Shown: positions 59,560 to 64,000 of the stretch, in pieces | Layout: every line of letters begins with the position of its first letter | Numbering within the stretch: position 1 is the first letter of the stretch | Assembly (NCBI GenBank): GCA_965216875.1 | Contig: OZ244207.1 | Span: forward strand, 4,480,001-4,544,000 | Reading direction: 5' to 3' | DNA length: 64,000 nt | Source: Rubripirellula sp. | Lineage (GTDB): Bacteria > Planctomycetota > Planctomycetia > Pirellulales > Pirellulaceae | Position numbers and translations under genes: made by a program | Notes under the pieces: model-generated | Seen by the model: the letters and a program-made list of their open reading frames with translations, nothing else | Database searches by the model: none | What the model was told of the DNA's origin: nothing

Positions 59560-60861
59560 TCAGTCACTCGCAGCATCGCTGTCGGAAGATGCATCGAGCG
59601 TTTGCAAAAACTCAGTCGGCGTTTGGCGATGCGCCGAACGCAGTAGCCGAGTCCGCTTGGCCATCACAGAAGTACGCCACATCGCAACCGCGGCGATCGC
59701 GACACCCAAGATGGTCGCGATCAACATCAGCAGTGCAAGCCGTGACGATTGCCCATCGGAGGCACTCGCTTGTTGCAATTGCTCAGCACTCACTGGGACG
59801 AGTATCAACCGGCCGACCACCACCGGCGCGAGGTCGGCACCCACCTCATTGCGAAAGGCCAGTCGCTTGAGGAACCGGCCCACCAAGGTGATTTGCGGCC
59901 CCTCGTCGAGCGAGGAATCCTCACCAACCTCGGCAACGATTTCAGGCACATCCGGGACGATCGCAAGGATCGGGCGCTGCGCGCCCTCGTCAGGTCTCAA
60001 CCACAGGTGCCAGTACTGCTGGATGCCGAACGCGTTGTCCCGAGCCTCGATACGCTCTGCTCTAGCGACCGATCCGGCCAACGTCACCATGCGCGTCCGG
60101 TAAACATCGGGCTGCTGCAGCAAAGGCACGACGGCGGAAGCGGCAACGTTGTCGGCGGAAAGGAAGGGGGCCTGATCAAGGTATCGGTACATCGACGCGG
60201 CATCGCCGGAACGCCAAACGGTTCCGTCAACAACCTCCGCTGCTGACAAACGGTCCAATTCCGCAAGCCAAGCTTTGGCCGCCGCAAGCAACGCCGCGTC
60301 AGGTTCGGGCATCTCGTTGTCCAACACCGCTTTGCTGATCGCATCCAAGAGCTCAATCCAGACTTGGCGTCTTGGCGATCCGATTTCGGCGAGTTGGGTA
60401 TCGTCACCGAGAACCTGTGTGATCTCGTCAACTGTGGATGGGATTTCTTGAACGCGACGGCCAGTGGTCCATCGCGCCAGCACCACCACCCAAAGCCTGC
60501 GGTCCGAAGGCAGCAGCGATTCCGTAACGGCTGCGGCGACTTTGCGGTCTTCGGGGTCGTGCACATCGGCATCAAGATCTTTCTGATGCACCCTTCCGAA
60601 TGCGATTTGCGAATTGGGATCGCTCGACTGGCCCTGCATCCCCCCCGCCACCAACTGGGTGGATGGCACTTTTTGAGAGTTTGAGGGGCTAAAAAAAGTT
60701 TGATAGATCGCGGGGTTGGACGCCTGCTTCATCACCACGAACACCAGCGCCAAACCGAGCACAAGACGCAAGAGCCGCCGATTCGTCTCGAGCGTCTCAC
60801 CGCGTTTTGGGCGGCGTCCATACAGGTTATCGTCGTTAAATTGTGATGGAATGCGCATCAT
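59560..60861 (-). CDS. Membrane protein with N- and C-terminal TM helices, partly similar to 58186-59520
   Basis: LLQQPDVYRTRMVTL versus LLKEADAYAGRWVQL; both end in a TM helix plus basic tail. Confidence 0.8.
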   Translation of the reverse strand: MMRIPSQFNDDNLYGRRPKRGETLETNRRLLRLVLGLALVFVVMKQASNPAIYQTFFSPSNSQKVPSTQLVAGGMQGQSSDPNSQIAFGRVHQKDLDADVHDPEDRKVAAAVTESLLPSDRRLWVVVLARWTTGRRVQEIPSTVDEITQVLGDDTQLAEIGSPRRQVWIELLDAISKAVLDNEMPEPDAALLAAAKAWLAELDRLSAAEVVDGTVWRSGDAASMYRYLDQAPFLSADNVAASAVVPLLQQPDVYRTRMVTLAGSVARAERIEARDNAFGIQQYWHLWLRPDEGAQRPILAIVPDVPEIVAEVGEDSSLDEGPQITLVGRFLKRLAFRNEVGADLAPVVVGRLILVPVSAEQLQQASASDGQSSRLALLMLIATILGVAIAAVAMWRTSVMAKRTRLLRSAHRQTPTEFLQTLDASSDSDAASD

Positions 60862-61046
60862 GCAGGCCAAAGGCTTTGCTTTGACAAAACAAGGGTTGTC
60901 ACTTTACTCTAGAGTTGGTGGTCAAACTCCAGAGATGGTGGCCAGGTGTCCGCAAAGAGCCGATAAGATGGCTCTCCCCCTCCCAGTGTAATGCAACGGG
61001 CACTAAAACCGACGCGCCACTCTTTTCCCATCCTCGGAAGACAACG

Positions 61047-64000
61047 ATGCCGTCATTGAAACGATTCCGGCAAATGATCTTTTTGCCGGTTGCTTTGGTC
61101 GCGTTCTCGCCGTCCGTCACGGCTCATGCTCAAGGCGAACCCGCTGCCGATTTCCTCAAGCGGCTCCGAGCAGCGGGCTACTACGACATCGCGATCACCT
61201 ATCTCGACCGTCTCGGCGAATACCCGGGCGTCGATCCCGAGTTGAAATCGGCGTCGTCTCTTGAAAAGGCGCGGACCTATATCGACGCGGCTGTCGATAC
61301 GCGCACATCGAGCAAACGTGATGACTTCTTTGTCAAAGCCGAAGCGGCACTCAAAGACTTCCTCAAGCAATCATCGCACCCACGACTTTCCGAAGCTCGC
61401 TTGCAGCTGGGTCGAATCCAGATGGTTCGCGGCGCTCAACTGACCAGCGGTGATCCTTCGCCCACCAAGAGCGAAATGGCTCGCGAATCGTACGTCGCGG
61501 CCTCCAAGACCTTCGCAACGATCCTTGCAGAACTCCGCGGCAAACTTCAGGAAATGAAGGGGGCCAAGATCGACGCTGCGAAGGAACCTGAGAAAGCAAA
61601 ACTTCGCGATCAATATCGTGGTCAGTTCCTGCAAGCCAAAGTGAGTGCCGCCGAAGCGCTTCGTCTCGCGGCGTCGACTTACAACGATCCCGCAAAAGAT
61701 GGCAAGGAACTGCTTGAATCGGCGTTGAAAGAGTTTGTCGAGCTGAGTGAAAACTACGGTGGCTACGTCCAAGGCGCCGAGGCGATGCTCAATCGTGGGC
61801 TTGTCCAAGAGACGCTGGGCAAAAAAGAAGAGGCACTCGACAGTTTCGTTCGCATGCTCGAACAACCCGATGCGGATCCACTGCGCGCGGCGAAGTATCA
61901 AGCGGCCAGCGGCGTGATCCGGTTGCGTTTGAAAGAATCGCCTCCCGGTTACCAGTCTGCGATCGAGCGAGGCCAACCTCTGGTCGACGGTTTGCGTCCC
62001 AATGAAAAACGGTTGCCCTTCGTTCAAGAACTGCGAGTGGAACTTGCCAGCGCTTACCTGGCAAAATCGAAAGACGAAAAACAAAAACAGACCGATCGCA
62101 AACGAGCCGAATCGTCTGGTCGTCAATTGCTGATCGCAGCAAGCAAGATTCCAACCGAATTCGCGGATCGCGCCAAAGACCTCCTCGGCGAGCTTGGTGT
62201 CAGCCAAGAGGAAACGATCGCCGAACTACCAACGGCAGAACCACCGGCCGATTTGGCCGACGCTTTGGAAAAGGCCAACGAATTGCTATCCGCCGGCGAG
62301 AACATCGCCGAGTCGCTCAAATTGCTGGAAGGACAAAAAGACAAAACGCCCGAGATTGCCAAGCAGATCGAGTCACTCAAAGGCGAACTTGGCAACACCC
62401 GCGTGATCGCCATCCAAATCCTGCGACAGGGCTTGGCGATGATCAATAGCGACGTTGATAACGACTTGCTGAATCAAGCCAGACAGTTCCTCGCTTACTT
62501 GCTTTACGAAGAACAAAACTATCGCGACGCGACCGTCGTGGGCGTGTTCCTTTCCAAGAACGCCCCGGGCACCGAGCTTGGCTTGCGTGGCGGCGTGATC
62601 GCTCTCAACTCGATGCGCAAAGTTCTCGAAGAGATCCCGGCAGGCGAAAACCGAAGCATGCTGATGGAGTTGGCGGACCTAGGCCAATACATGGCATCCA
62701 CCTGGCCGGACGATCCAAACGCGGCTGCAGCAAAGGGCGTGATGATCACGCTTGCGTTGGAAGACGAGCGTTGGGAGGACGCGGAAAAACTGATTGATGA
62801 AATGCCGGACGCTCCAGCCAAATGGAGCTTCCACCGATTGGTCGGACAACTGAAATGGAACGAATGGATTAAGAACCACGATAGTGGGGACGAGGCCCTG
62901 CTTGATCGTTTGCTCAAAGAGGCTCGTGGCAAACTGCAATCGGGTCTCGACGGCATCAAAATCAACGTGGTCGAACCCGAAGCCATCAAGGCCGCGTTGG
63001 TGCTTGCAAAGGTCCACTTGAAGCTTGATCAACCCGAGAAAGCAATCGCCATATTGGACCACGAGAAATATGGCCCGCTGAAACAAGCAGGACTCCACCC
63101 ACAACTGGGTAACAAGTTCACGTCCGATATGTTTGGCACGGAACTGCAAGTCGTCGTCCGGCTGATGAGCACCGAGGACGATCCCTCGGCAATGCTCAAT
63201 CGTGCAACCCAAGCGATGGACAATCTGCGTGATGCGGTCCAAGGCCCCGACGCCGAAAAACGACTCACCGGTATTTACCTTGGAATGGCTCGCGACATTC
63301 GCGAACAGATCGACAAGGCATCGCCAGCGAAAAAAGCCAAACTGATCGAGGCGTTCCGAGTCTTCCTCGAACGCGTCGCGCAAACCACCAATGAATCCTC
63401 AACACTCACATGGGTTGGTCAAACCCTTTTGGAACTTGGTCAGGCTGCGATGCGTCCCGGCCAGATCAAAGCGGAAGGCCAAGCAGCTCAGTTGATCGGA
63501 ACGGCGGGGACCACCTTTGAAACGCTACGAGCCAAAGGGGGCGACGTGCCGCTGACGGTGAACTTCCAACTCGGCAAAGCCTATCGTTTGGTCGGTCAAT
63601 ACAAACAAGCGATCGATCGCCAGGAAGAAGTGCTCAAACAAAAGCCGATGATGCTAGACGCCCAGGTCGAAGCGGCACTCGCCTACGAGCAATGGGCTGC
63701 CGTTGTGCCACCCAAATTTGCCGGCAAGGCCTATCAATCGGCGCTCAACGGCGCTCGCCCAAATCCGAACTCCAAGTCACGCGACAAAGACACGATTTGG
63801 GGATGGGGTGTGATCAGCCAACGCACTAACGGAAACCCTGCGTTTCGCGACCAGTTTTTCCTTTCGCGTTATCACGTCGCGCTGTGCCGATACAAGTGGG
63901 GCAAGGCCGACAATGATGCCAAGCTCAAAGAAAAAGCGATTTCGGACATCATGATGGTTCACGGCCTGAACCCCGATCTGGGCGGTGCCGAATCGCGAAC
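61047..64000 (+). CDS. Very large secreted helical-repeat (TPR-like) protein, truncated by window end
   Basis: Absent from the ORF track, consistent with no stop inside the window. Manual translation MPSLKRFRQMIFLPVALVAFSPSVTAHA-QGEPAADFLKRLRAAGYYDIAITYLDR. Confidence 0.85.
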   Translation, partial: MPSLKRFRQMIFLPVALVAFSPSVTAHAQGEPAADFLKRLRAAGYYDIAITYLDRLGEYPGVDPELKSASSLEKARTYIDAAVDTRTSSKRDDFFVKAEAALKDFLKQSSHPRLSEARLQLGRIQMVRGAQLTSGDPSPTKSEMARESYVAASKTFATILAELRGKLQEMKGAKIDAAKEPEKAKLRDQYRGQFLQAKVSAAEALRLAASTYNDPAKDGKELLESALKEFVELSENYGGYVQGAEAMLNRGLVQETLGKKEEALDSFVRMLEQPDADPLRAAKYQAASGVIRLRLKESPPGYQSAIERGQPLVDGLRPNEKRLPFVQELRVELASAYLAKSKDEKQKQTDRKRAESSGRQLLIAASKIPTEFADRAKDLLGELGVSQEETIAELPTAEPPADLADALEKANELLSAGENIAESLKLLEGQKDKTPEIAKQIESLKGELGNTRVIAIQILRQGLAMINSDVDNDLLNQARQFLAYLLYEEQNYRDATVVGVFLSKNAPGTELGLRGGVIALNSMRKVLEEIPAGENRSMLMELADLGQYMASTWPDDPNAAAAKGVMITLALEDERWEDAEKLIDEMPDAPAKWSFHRLVGQLKWNEWIKNHDSGDEALLDRLLKEARGKLQSGLDGIKINVVEPEAIKAALVLAKVHLKLDQPEKAIAILDHEKYGPLKQAGLHPQLGNKFTSDMFGTELQVVVRLMSTEDDPSAMLNRATQAMDNLRDAVQGPDAEKRLTGIYLGMARDIREQIDKASPAKKAKLIEAFRVFLERVAQTTNESSTLTWVGQTLLELGQAAMRPGQIKAEGQAAQLIGTAGTTFETLRAKGGDVPLTVNFQLGKAYRLVGQYKQAIDRQEEVLKQKPMMLDAQVEAALAYEQWAAVVPPKFAGKAYQSALNGARPNPNSKSRDKDTIWGWGVISQRTNGNPAFRDQFFLSRYHVALCRYKWGKADNDAKLKEKAISDIMMVHGLNPDLGGAESR

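Noticed and set aside
61053..63962. Several minus-strand ORFs in the track
   Set aside because: Shadows of the long plus-strand gene starting at 61047.

Overview
A GC-rich 64 kb chromosomal segment, most likely from a Pirellulaceae planctomycete. This is inferred from four sulfatases, DUF1080, an ECF/Ser-Thr kinase pair, CRTAC1/ASPIC-UnbV proteins and dense REP-like repeats. Housekeeping genes include monomeric icd, pyrC, pyrB and mdh. Catabolic genes include LysR-MFS-otnK-otnC, an FAH-family dehydratase plus aldehyde dehydrogenase, sulfatases and a heparinase-like protein. Three signals stand out. (1) A hidden exported selenoprotein: two listed ORFs (1817-2083 and 674-1807) are one reading frame joined by an in-frame UGA in GCLT-U-PPF. 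The protein is iodothyronine-deiodinase-like and a SECIS-like hairpin follows the UGA. (2) An apparently uncharacterised ECF-sigma regulon at 9.4-18.6 kb: an exact GTAAC-N16-CGCTTGG motif lies upstream of five secreted-protein genes. These include a trypsin-YbjN protease and a Tyr/Cys-rich pre-pro-peptide, and they surround a divergent kinase/ECF sigma pair. (3) An operon in which two CRTAC1-like proteins flank a protein with His-bearing membrane helices, five CxxCH motifs and TPR repeats. No rRNA, tRNA, transposase or CRISPR array was seen. Family assignments come from reading motifs by eye, not from database searches.
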